From: an uncultured bacterium
GTDB lineage: Bacteria; Babelota; Babeliae; Babelales; Babelaceae
DNA: 64,000 nucleotides
NCBI GenBank assembly: GCA_963713855.1
Contig: OY970209.1
Coordinates: 864,001 to 928,000, forward strand
Reading direction: 5' to 3'
A model generated the notes under the pieces. The model was not told the origin of the DNA and ran no database searches. It saw only the letters and a list, made by a program, of their open reading frames with translations. Below are positions 31,601 through 39,565 of the stretch, piece after piece; position 1 is the stretch's first letter; every line of letters starts with the position of its first letter. The translations under genes were made by a program, and so were the position numbers.

Positions 31601-31948
31601 GACAGCAAATACAGTTACATCATTAGAATTTGCATTAGCTGTAACAAGATAATTACCTGACGGTGAAAATGCTACAGCAACAGGAAAAGATGAGCCGAGG
31701 GGTAATGCATACGAGACTTGGTTGCTTAATGTTCCTTCAGCTCCTACGGAAAATATTGATACGCTATTTCCTGCGCCACCGGGTATAGCAAGATAATTGC
31801 CTGACGGTGAAAATGCCATAGAATAAGGATTTATTGAACCAATAGGCAAGCTGTAGGCATTAACTGATTCTAACAAACAAGTGTTATTCGGTCTGATACT
31901 TAAACTCGTTAGGAGCAAGACCATACTTAAAGCTACTGTTATCTTCAT
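28634..31948 (-). CDS. 21-repeat beta-propeller membrane protein (paralog 3)
   Basis: 21 repeats; TM LSTGAIIGIVIGVP; tail FMHRGAKVVNF...GSEL. Confidence 0.85.
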   Translation of the reverse strand: MKITVALSMVLLLTSLSIRPNNTCLLESVNAYSLPIGSINPYSMAFSPSGNYLAIPGGAGNSVSIFSVGAEGTLSNQVSYALPLGSSFPVAVAFSPSGNYLVTANANSNDVTVFAVNSAGILSSGISYALPSGSTAPYSLAFSSPGNFLVTANFGSNDVTTFFFEADGSLLIGQRAALPFGSTGPRSLAFSPSGNYFATANYGSNDVTVFSLTLGQIIGGIASYPLPFGSTNPFSVAFMSSANYLVTANAGSNDVTMFAVGSGGALSGGSSTPLASSSTPYAATFSPAGNYLAVANYESNSVTIFDVVPMQGILFGGTTYSLPSGSLGPYSVVISPTSNYLITANNESNNVTIFAGAFTGSLTGATSYALNLGSTTPESIAFSPSGNYLLTANNTNSVTVFALEQEGDLSSMTYALPSGSLRPASVACSPLGNFVATANQSSNNVTLFTLRSGVLNEGNSYALPAGSSEPCSIAFSPSGNYVATANTSSNNVTLFVVESGGILSSPTSYPLPAGSSGPLSLAFSPLGNYLATANSSNNVTVFSISAQGALSGGVSYTLPPGSTSPRSVAFSPEGEYLATANAGSNNVSIFEVGPTSLSTGVSYALPSNSTAPYSVAFAPSGNYLVVANNSSNNVTFFSWEPGVLSGAVSYALPTGSIGPVAVAISPSSDYVATAHTSSNNVALFEINCPLSKGRSYPLPIHSREPRSLAFSKNALYLATGNYNTSDVTLFQASPHGVLSNATSFSLPSSSLLPISIAFSYNSSYLAIANSKTNDITLFNVANGTLTQGVSYTLPGNSTFPSSISFSPNDNYVAVANSRSNDVTLFKVVSGKLIDGLSYALPSNASYPIGIAFSPDGLYLATANAESNDVTVFNATNGLLKAISSQTLPYKSSTPLSLTFLTAFNGGLFVATANSNSHDVSLFPLEEGIIKEGTSYKLPTGSIGPVFVAVSPNSTYLATANGISNTFTLFTVVNNTLEKGNSYSLPVNSSNDAAVAFSPIITSQGNVILATANSDSNDVSIVTIFGDGGDGDGSSYSTNDSPSDDLSTGAIIGIVIGVPALLSVIAATGAVGAFLFYKYKFMHRGAKVVNFDAKAVPYELLGSEL

Positions 31949-32152
31949 AAACAAACTCTCATTTTAAACTCCTTAAAACATTATCAAACTTGAGGGTAAT
32001 GTAAATGTAACTATAGTTGCACAAGTTGTTACTTTGTCGATAATGGATAAGATTTTCATTAAAGAGCGCTTTTGCCATGAGTATGTTGTTTAAAAAGAGC
32101 GTAGATAGGTCGAGGTATTTTTTTCTACGAAGAAGCCAATAGTCAGTCAAAC

Positions 32153-32371
32153 GATGTTACCGATTTTATTGTCCAAGCTGGCTTTGTGTGCTGCTAAATC
32201 GTACCCTTTACCAAGTGGCTCTTTAAATCCTCGATCGATAGCAGTGTCTCCAATTAGCTTCTACCTTGCAACTTCAGATAGTGTTTCAAATACGTTTCAG
32301 AACTTTATGAGACTGTGCGCTGGAAGAGTTGGTCAAGTGCTCAATATTACATCACTGGCAATGATACGGGC
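32153..32371 (+). pseudogene. Chimeric remnant: propeller-gene fragment joined to a DUF4143 ATPase fragment
   Basis: 32153-32297 closely matches 35289-35435; then FQNFMRLCAGRVGQVLNITSL(A)NDTG, typical of DUF4143 ATPases. Confidence 0.75.
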
Positions 32372-32471
32372 ATGGGCGTGCATGCTATCACGAAGCGATG
32401 CAAATGTAACGTTGGTTGCACAAGTCTTGACTTTGTGCAAGAATGGGTGAAATTTTTACGAAAGAACACTC

Positions 32472-35400
32472 GTGATGACTATACTATTTAAAAATTGCGT
32501 AGATAGGGCGAAGTATTTTATTTTACGAAGAACGATTTTAGTATTAAGCTCACTCACTATTTTCACTTTTAGTTTGCTGATTCAAGCTATAAACGAAGCA
32601 AGTTACCCACTACCGGGAGCTTCTCTATGGCCTTTTTCCCTAGCATATTCACCTAACGGCTCATATCTTGCCACTGCTAACCTAAATGATATTTCACTAT
32701 TTAACGTTGGCGCAGGAGGAACGTTAACGAGTGGCGATTCGTCATCTCTTCCGGCAGGTCCGACTATGCCTCGTTCCGGAACACTCTCACCCAATGGCTT
32801 ATATCTTGCCACCGCTAACGAGTCAACCAATGATGTAACCATATTTACAGTTGGAACGGGAGGAGTAATAACAGGACAGGTTTCCCATCCTCTTCCTTCA
32901 GGTTCTTTATTGCCTTTATCAATAGCATTTTCGCCTTCAGGCAATTACCTTGTTACTGCTAATTTTGGTTCTAACGATGTAACTCTATTCAATGTGGGCG
33001 CCAACGGAATACTAGATAGCGGCACTTCATACCCGATACCCGTTCATTCTCTCGCTCCAAATTGTGTTGCGTTTTCGCCTAACGGTTTTTATCTCGCTGT
33101 TGCTAATTACAATTCAAATAATGTAACGCTCTTTAACGTAGGAGCGGGAGGGCTTTTGACGAACGCTATTTCTTATCCAGTTGGCTCTTCCCCTTGCTTG
33201 GCTGTAACATTTTCACCAGATAGTTCATACCTTATTGTTACCAATAACGGTGTTAATGTGTTCAGTGTTGGGGCAGGAGGAGTGCTAAGCTCAGGAAGCT
33301 TGTATGCGTTGCCTGCCGGTTCAGCTGGTCCTGTCTCAGTTGTATTTTCATCCAGTGGTTCATTTCTTGTTACAGCAAACTCATTATCTAACGACGTAAC
33401 CGTGTTTCAGGTGGGGTCCTCAGGCATATTGAGCGGGGCGGTTTCGTATCCATTGCCTGCTGGTTCTATAGGTCCCCAGACTGTCGTCTTCTCTTCAAGC
33501 GGATTGTATCTTGCTACAGCTAACTATAGCTCTTCAGACGTTACTGTGTTTCAGGTTGGCTCGGGCGGAGCGCTCAGTGGAGAGGTTTCATATGCATTAC
33601 CTATCCCCCTGTCTTTTCCAGCTTCATTAGCATTTTTAGCAAATGATTCTTATCTTGTCACAATCAATTATGTATTGCAGGATAACATAACTAAATTTAA
33701 TGTAGGAACAGGAGGAACGTTAAGCGGAGCTGTTTCATATCAGGTCTTATCTAATTCAATACAGTCTGTTGCAATAGCTTTCTCGCCAAATAGCTTATAT
33801 CTTGCAACAGCTGACCTTGTTGCAAACGAAGTGTCACTGTTTACGCTAGGAGCGGGAGGAACACTAAATGGCGGTACATCTTACCCATTGCCCCCTACAT
33901 CATACGGTCCCAACGCCATAGCTTTTTCACCAAGTGGATCTTATCTAGTTACCGCTAATAACTCGCTCGATGTGACAGTATTCACTGTGCAAGCGGGCGT
34001 GCTTAGTGTGGGCACATCCTACCCATTACCGGCAGGTGCTTCTCCGCCAGGATCGGTGGCGTTTTCACCCAATGGCTTGTACTTGGCTACCGCCAATCGC
34101 GGGCCGGTTAATGAAGTGACTATATTCACAGTCGGAGCCGGAGGAATCCTCAATGGAGGTACCTTGTATTCTCTGCCAGCAGGTTCTAACTACCCGTCTT
34201 CAATAGCATTTTCTCCAAATAACTCCTACCTTGCTACAGCTAATACAAACTCTGATAATGTCACTGTATTTACCGTAGGATCAGGAGGAGTTTTAAGTGG
34301 AGCAACTTCCTATCCAATGCCCCCCGGTTCCTTTGAGCCACAATCAATAACTTTTTCCCCAGATGGCCTGTATCTTCTAACCGCTAATGTGGGCTCAAAC
34401 GATGTAACGGTGTTTAATGTGGGAACGGGAGGTACTCTAAGCTCTCCAGCTTCTTACCCTTTGCCTTCTGGATGCACAAATCCTCAACAGGCAATATTTT
34501 CGCCAAATGGCTTAGATGTTGCTACAGCCAATTTTGGCTCATCAAATCTCAGCGTATTTACCGTAACAAACGGAATACTTAGTGCTGCTCAAACGTATCC
34601 TTTGCCCCCGCTATTTAAGGGATCTCGTGCACCGACGGCAATTGCTTTTTCGCCAGACAATGCCTATGTAGCTACAGCAAATCTTGATACGAGCGACATA
34701 ACACTTTTTAACGTGGAAGCACTTAACAATACATTTACTTTAGGAGCAAAAAAATCTTATCCGCTACCATACAATCGCGTTAACCCATCGCTTCCTGTTG
34801 CGATAGCTTTTTCTTTAGACAATTCATATGTATTGACTGCGAATGATGGGTCTAACGATGTAACTGTATTTAACTTAGTAGGCGGAGAACTCGTACGTGC
34901 TATTTCTTACCCATTGCCAGCAAATGGTACAAATCCAACGTCATTGCAGGTATCACCCGATGATCGCTATGTTGCGACTGCCAATAGCGACTCCAACACC
35001 ATTGTTGTTTTCAATTTCGCTGGAGGAATTTTAACTAATCCAACAAGTTGGGCATTGCCCAGTGGCGCTTTAAATCCTCAGGCATTAGCTTTCTCGCCCG
35101 ATGGTTCGTATCTTGCGACCGCAAACTATGGTTCGAGCAACGTTGCTCTTTTCGCCGTCTCGTCGGGTGCGTTACAAAGCGGAACTTTAGCAGCTCTCCC
35201 TCAGGGATCTGCGGGACCCCAAGCGCTCACGTTCGTTTCTCCATCAACCAATCTTTTGCTTTTGGTTACTGCTAATAGTCAGTCAAATGATATTACCGCG
35301 TTTACGGTGCAAGCGGGGGTTTTGGGTGCTGCTAAATCTTACTCTTTGCCAAGTGGCTCTTTAAATCCTCGATCGATAGCAGTGTCTCCAAATAACTTCT

Positions 35401-35822
35401 ACCTTGCAACTTCAGATAGTGCTTCAAACACGTTTACGCTATATACCATCGATGGAGGAGCATTTAGCTCGGCTACTTCCTACAATTTACCTATTAACTC
35501 GACGCGCTGCGTAGGGGTAACCTTTGGACCAAACACTACCAGCAATGGAGATGTGTACCTGGCTACAGCAAACTTCGCTTCAAATGATGTGACCGTGGCC
35601 GGATTATTGGGAGGCGGTAGCGGAAACGGAGCTACTGGAGATGGTAGCAGTTTACCAATAGGAGTTATTGTTGGAGTCAGCGTAGGAGTTCCGGTCGCGT
35701 TCGCTCTTGTTGCGGGAGTCGCTGCTCTAACAGCTTTTTTGGCCTATAAATATTTGCATAGACATCCGGCCGGCAGTGTGAATTTTGGAGGAAATGAATC
35801 AGCAGAGCTTTCCAGCTTATAA
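32472..35822 (+). CDS. 21-repeat beta-propeller membrane protein (paralog 4)
   Basis: 21 repeats; TM LPIGVIVGVSVGVP; tail LHRHPAGSVNF...LSSL. Confidence 0.85.
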   Translation: MMTILFKNCVDRAKYFILRRTILVLSSLTIFTFSLLIQAINEASYPLPGASLWPFSLAYSPNGSYLATANLNDISLFNVGAGGTLTSGDSSSLPAGPTMPRSGTLSPNGLYLATANESTNDVTIFTVGTGGVITGQVSHPLPSGSLLPLSIAFSPSGNYLVTANFGSNDVTLFNVGANGILDSGTSYPIPVHSLAPNCVAFSPNGFYLAVANYNSNNVTLFNVGAGGLLTNAISYPVGSSPCLAVTFSPDSSYLIVTNNGVNVFSVGAGGVLSSGSLYALPAGSAGPVSVVFSSSGSFLVTANSLSNDVTVFQVGSSGILSGAVSYPLPAGSIGPQTVVFSSSGLYLATANYSSSDVTVFQVGSGGALSGEVSYALPIPLSFPASLAFLANDSYLVTINYVLQDNITKFNVGTGGTLSGAVSYQVLSNSIQSVAIAFSPNSLYLATADLVANEVSLFTLGAGGTLNGGTSYPLPPTSYGPNAIAFSPSGSYLVTANNSLDVTVFTVQAGVLSVGTSYPLPAGASPPGSVAFSPNGLYLATANRGPVNEVTIFTVGAGGILNGGTLYSLPAGSNYPSSIAFSPNNSYLATANTNSDNVTVFTVGSGGVLSGATSYPMPPGSFEPQSITFSPDGLYLLTANVGSNDVTVFNVGTGGTLSSPASYPLPSGCTNPQQAIFSPNGLDVATANFGSSNLSVFTVTNGILSAAQTYPLPPLFKGSRAPTAIAFSPDNAYVATANLDTSDITLFNVEALNNTFTLGAKKSYPLPYNRVNPSLPVAIAFSLDNSYVLTANDGSNDVTVFNLVGGELVRAISYPLPANGTNPTSLQVSPDDRYVATANSDSNTIVVFNFAGGILTNPTSWALPSGALNPQALAFSPDGSYLATANYGSSNVALFAVSSGALQSGTLAALPQGSAGPQALTFVSPSTNLLLLVTANSQSNDITAFTVQAGVLGAAKSYSLPSGSLNPRSIAVSPNNFYLATSDSASNTFTLYTIDGGAFSSATSYNLPINSTRCVGVTFGPNTTSNGDVYLATANFASNDVTVAGLLGGGSGNGATGDGSSLPIGVIVGVSVGVPVAFALVAGVAALTAFLAYKYLHRHPAGSVNFGGNESAELSSL

Positions 35823-35956
35823 ACTGCGAATAATAGAACACATTGGGGAGTTCGGCGCGGGATATCAGCGACTCGTAACATGAAAGAGCCTAACTTTATC
35901 TCTAGCAGCTTGCTACAATTCACCGGGCTAATTTGTAAAGCTTTCGGGCAAGGCAT

Positions 35957-36074
35957 ACCCAAACTACCTTGCTGCGATATTGAAAAGATAGTTGCGTTTA
36001 AGGTACTTAAGTTGGCATCAGCTGTCTGAAGGTTCGGAGCCAACTGGGTAAAGCGTACAATGTTCCAGACTAAG
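35957..36074 (-). pseudogene. Degraded single beta-propeller repeat
   Basis: SGTLYALPS / GSEP / TADANLSTLNATIFSISQQGSLG across frameshifts. Confidence 0.55.
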
Positions 36075-36084
36075 GTGATGCATT

Positions 36085-37527
36085 ATGATCGGTTATATGC
36101 CTAAAAAACTACTTATTTTTCTTGCGATGGCCCCCTGCATTTTATATGGCATGGAAGTGGGTGAAGAAGAACCTACAAAAGTGGATTCTGAAGCTACGCG
36201 TATCGATCGGCAAAACATACTTACCGTTCTTGAAGATGCTTATAATAGTCAGCTTCAAAAAGATCTTCAATTTCTTTGTGAGCACGCTCTTGAAGATTGC
36301 TTTCTCTTTACTATTGTTTTGAAGTTTTTTGAAGGCAAGAACACGAACAGAATTATTAAAACAATTATTCAAAAAGGCGCTGCCCAGCTTACAGTTTATC
36401 GTAATGCTTGTTTTGAAGCTTTAACTTATAATGATATTAAGCTACTTAATTGGCTCCAGGATCGCGGATTTGATGTTATTGGCTGCAAATATGCGTTTGG
36501 AGAGAGTGGTGCTCATATAGCTGCTTCTTGGGATAACGTTATCGTATTAGAGTGGCTCTACTTACATGGCGCTGATTTTAATGCGCGAGACAGTGAAGGG
36601 GTTAAACCCTTTGATAGAGCGGCTAGGCGAGGCGCTACTAATGCGATGGAATGGTTTTTTAGGCACACGACACAAAGAGCAATCAGTCATGATTCATTAG
36701 ATAACATATTAAGCGGGCTTGAGAACGGAATTTATGTTTGTCTATGGAAAAAAGGTACGCAACTGCACTCGCCACTTATACCCCTCTTGTGGTTGTTCGA
36801 GCATGCTGCTCTCTTGACCGACCGACAAGACCTAAATGCACGTCTTGGCAGCATCTTACAAAGATGGCCCTTTTCTGGGGTGTTATTTCATGATTCTGCG
36901 ACACTTTTAGGACTCGTACGAAACCTCAAGCCTGATAAAGATACCCAATGTTTTAATCATATTTTCTTGTTTTTGGCCGGTCGAGGAGAAAATTTTGTTG
37001 AAATTGTGTTGGAAAAAAAAATAGTGATCAGCATTCAACTTTTAAGATTTGCCTTAGAAACCGCTCTGGCACGCGGTAAAAGGCAAGTATTTGAAGTACT
37101 TTTTACTCATCTGCGCTCACGTTTACTACCCTCTAATGAAATGGTGGGCGAGAGCGATGATAGCGAACAATGTAAGTTTCTTACCAGAGAACTTTTATAT
37201 TTATCTGTAATAAGAGATAGCCCAGAAATTATGGATTATTTGTTGAGCTTTACGCCGCATTTACGAGAAAACATAGAATGCGTATTGGATCGCCTTAATT
37301 ACCTCGTCGCCACTTTTCAGCACGAACCGGCTGTAATTGAGCGTCTGATTGGTGTTCGTGGTAGGCTCATTGATATCCTTGTGAGCAGCTTAGATAACGA
37401 GCTAGATGAAGAGCAGAAAGTTAAAAAGGGGATTTTCAGAGTTTTATTTCCTAACGCTACTGAAGATGTTCGTGATCTTCCCAGCGAATTGTGGCGAATA
37501 ATGATGCATAAAGCATACAGTTTATAA
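36085..37527 (+). CDS. Secreted ankyrin-repeat protein with C-terminal F-box/PRANC-like motif
   Basis: GESGAHIAA..LEWLYLHGADFNARDSEGVKPFDRAA; signal ..LYG-ME; ends DLPSELWRIMM. Confidence 0.8.
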   Translation: MIGYMPKKLLIFLAMAPCILYGMEVGEEEPTKVDSEATRIDRQNILTVLEDAYNSQLQKDLQFLCEHALEDCFLFTIVLKFFEGKNTNRIIKTIIQKGAAQLTVYRNACFEALTYNDIKLLNWLQDRGFDVIGCKYAFGESGAHIAASWDNVIVLEWLYLHGADFNARDSEGVKPFDRAARRGATNAMEWFFRHTTQRAISHDSLDNILSGLENGIYVCLWKKGTQLHSPLIPLLWLFEHAALLTDRQDLNARLGSILQRWPFSGVLFHDSATLLGLVRNLKPDKDTQCFNHIFLFLAGRGENFVEIVLEKKIVISIQLLRFALETALARGKRQVFEVLFTHLRSRLLPSNEMVGESDDSEQCKFLTRELLYLSVIRDSPEIMDYLLSFTPHLRENIECVLDRLNYLVATFQHEPAVIERLIGVRGRLIDILVSSLDNELDEEQKVKKGIFRVLFPNATEDVRDLPSELWRIMMHKAYSL

Positions 37528-37806
37528 CGACAGAGAGAAAATTTCGTCTACCATAATGTCTCATTATATCGGGAGCACGCGATGTCCATTTCAAATTGAC
37601 GATGGCGACTACCTTTTAAACGTGACGGACAAATTTACTTTCGAAGATTAAATTTGTCCAAGCTTTTAGCTCGAACTAGGACGAATTTAGTTCAATACCT
37701 CGATTTACGGGGCGAGCTTAATCACAGGGAAGGTAGCCCAAGCCGGCGATCATCTGGGACCTCTTAGGCTCGTGAACATCTCAGCGAAGTATTACGATAA
37801 AAGTTA

Positions 37807-37836
37807 TTGACAAGAAGTTTTGTCTAATGGTATTAT
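37807..37836 (+). promoter_or_regulatory. Sigma70-like promoter of the leader and ABC operon
   Basis: TTGACA (37807-37812), 18 nt, TATTAT (37831-37836) with extended -10 TG. Confidence 0.75.
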
Positions 37837-37880
37837 TACGATTGTTAGTGTTGTACTATACCTTTTAGAAGGAGCTTGCC

Positions 37881-38021
37881 ATGTTTTTAGTTGAGAGAAG
37901 CTTCTTTTCAAGAAGCCTTGATCTCTCGAAGAATATAAGTGGTATTTTTGATGCCACCTATCCATGCTATTGCTTTTCTCATCTCTATTTCTTTTCTCAC
38001 CGCACCCATCATCATTGCTAG
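37881..38021 (+). CDS. His-rich leader peptide (46 aa), not in the ORF track
   Basis: AAGGAG then ATG 37881; MFLVERSFFSRSLDLSKNISGIFDATYPCYCFSHLYFFSHRTHHHC*. Confidence 0.7.
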   Translation: MFLVERSFFSRSLDLSKNISGIFDATYPCYCFSHLYFFSHRTHHHC

Positions 38022-38110
38022 TTTTTTTGTTTTATTAGAGCAGTTTGGCTCTTATAGTAGCGTAACGTTTAAACCGCGTTAATGATCTTTTTTAAATAAC
38101 TTTATGGGTG
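38003..38110 (+). promoter_or_regulatory. Putative translational attenuator (His codons pair with the RBS)
   Basis: CACCCAT 38003-38009 is complementary to ATGGGTG 38104-38110; nested ATCATT/AATGAT, GCTA/TAGC, AGAGC/GCTCT and AACG/CGTT helices. Confidence 0.6.
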
Positions 38111-38114
38111 ACGT

Positions 38115-38900
38115 ATGTCAAAAAAAGTTTTAGTGGCATCTCTATGCCTGATAGCATTTTTCAGTAATTATTTTATGAGTAACGAGGAAAAAAGACCGGT
38201 AAAAACATTGACTGTGGGGATGATGAGCGGCTGGGCACCATTCATGTCGGTTAATGATAGCGGGAATTATGAAGGCTTCGACGTTGATGTAGCAAAAGCA
38301 CTTTCTGAGCGCTTGGGCGCACAATTGGTTATTAAGGACCTGGGATCACTTGCTTCCTGTTTTATTGCACTTCAACAAAATAGCGTTGATCTGGTTTTGT
38401 CTGGGCTTGATATAACCCAGAAACGTCTTGAAACTATGAACATGGTACCTTATCTTGGTAAGGGCTTTAAGGAATACTATTTGGTTTTTTGGAACGAAAT
38501 TCCCGCTGGAGTTTTAAAACTTGAAGACCTTAAGAATATACAAAATCCCGTCGTCTGTGTTGAGCCTGGTAATTCACCAGAAAAGTTTCTTGATCGTTAT
38601 GATTACATAACCAAAAAACAACTGAGCTCATTATCAGATATTGTACTTGATCTGGGGTACGGTAAATCGTTAGCGGCATTTCTTGAACCTCAAGTGGTAA
38701 AAAGATTGAGCCAAATACGACCAGAGATCGTTTCTTTGGCAGTGCCGTTGCCTGAGGAATTTCAGGTATTTGGATACGGAATTGCGTTACAAAAAAAGAA
38801 TACCGTTCTTACAAACGCTATCACAAGCATAATACAACAGCTAAGAACAGAAGGGCTTTTGCAGCAACTTGAAACAAAATGGAAAGTGGATGGGGTATAA
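38115..38900 (+). CDS. Polar amino-acid ABC transporter substrate-binding protein (possibly histidine)
   Basis: WAPF...GNYEGFDVDVAKAL, VDLVLSGLDITQKR, GYGIAL.K; no His in 261 aa. Confidence 0.9.
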   Translation: MSKKVLVASLCLIAFFSNYFMSNEEKRPVKTLTVGMMSGWAPFMSVNDSGNYEGFDVDVAKALSERLGAQLVIKDLGSLASCFIALQQNSVDLVLSGLDITQKRLETMNMVPYLGKGFKEYYLVFWNEIPAGVLKLEDLKNIQNPVVCVEPGNSPEKFLDRYDYITKKQLSSLSDIVLDLGYGKSLAAFLEPQVVKRLSQIRPEIVSLAVPLPEEFQVFGYGIALQKKNTVLTNAITSIIQQLRTEGLLQQLETKWKVDGV

Positions 38901-38902
38901 TC

Positions 38903-39565
38903 ATGGTGCTTTCATTTTTAAAAACAAGTGGCCCTCTTCTTGCTCAAGGAGCTTTCATGACGCTTTTTGTGTGGTTGGTAAGCAGCGTTATGGCGTTGGT
39001 CTTAGGTACTTTTTGGGGCGTCTTACGAAGTTACCACATGCGTATCAGGTATGTATCTTGCTTTCTTGACTTAGCATCATTCATATTGAGAGGAATTCCC
39101 TACTACGTACAACTTCTTATAGCCTATTTTGTCATTCCTCACATCGTCGGTATTAACGTATCAGCGCTCACCGCTGCAATCATTTCACTTGGCTTATGTT
39201 CTTCAGCGTACATAAGCCAAGTAGTATACGGTACCATGAATGCGTTGCCTTCCGGGCTATGGGAAGCGTGCTTTGTACTTGGATACTCATCATATCAAGC
39301 ACTCATACGAGTTATTTTGCCTCTGACAGTGCGTAATGCGTTACCAGTATTTATCAATGAACTAGATCAGCTTCTTAAGACAACGGCGATCCTTTCAACG
39401 ATTGGTATTCTCGAATTGACGCGTGCGGGCATGAATATTATTGCACGTGAAATGAACCCGATACCTGTCTATCTAACACTTGCTCTTATATACCTAGCAG
39501 CCTCAACCGTACTTACTCTTGTCTCCCGCGTTGTCGAAAAAAGGATGTCTTATGTTGTCAGGTAA
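38903..39565 (+). CDS. Polar amino-acid ABC transporter permease (HisM/GlnP family)
   Basis: RGIP..VQLL, SSAYISQ, EAA-like LWEACFVLG, LLKTTA. Confidence 0.9.
   Translation: MVLSFLKTSGPLLAQGAFMTLFVWLVSSVMALVLGTFWGVLRSYHMRIRYVSCFLDLASFILRGIPYYVQLLIAYFVIPHIVGINVSALTAAIISLGLCSSAYISQVVYGTMNALPSGLWEACFVLGYSSYQALIRVILPLTVRNALPVFINELDQLLKTTAILSTIGILELTRAGMNIIAREMNPIPVYLTLALIYLAASTVLTLVSRVVEKRMSYVVR

Noticed and set aside
32153..35435. 32153-32297 versus 35289-35435 as a DGR template/variable repeat pair
   Set aside because: Mismatches are not adenine-specific, there are indels, and no reverse transcriptase is present in the window.
6454..35822. 6-phosphogluconolactonase annotation for the propeller proteins
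   Set aside because: Only the fold repeat is shared; secretion signals, 21 repeats and TM anchors argue against the enzyme.
37713..37772. Riboswitch-like stem upstream of the ABC operon
   Set aside because: It lies upstream of the promoter, has no known aptamer motif, and reads like a decayed coding tail.
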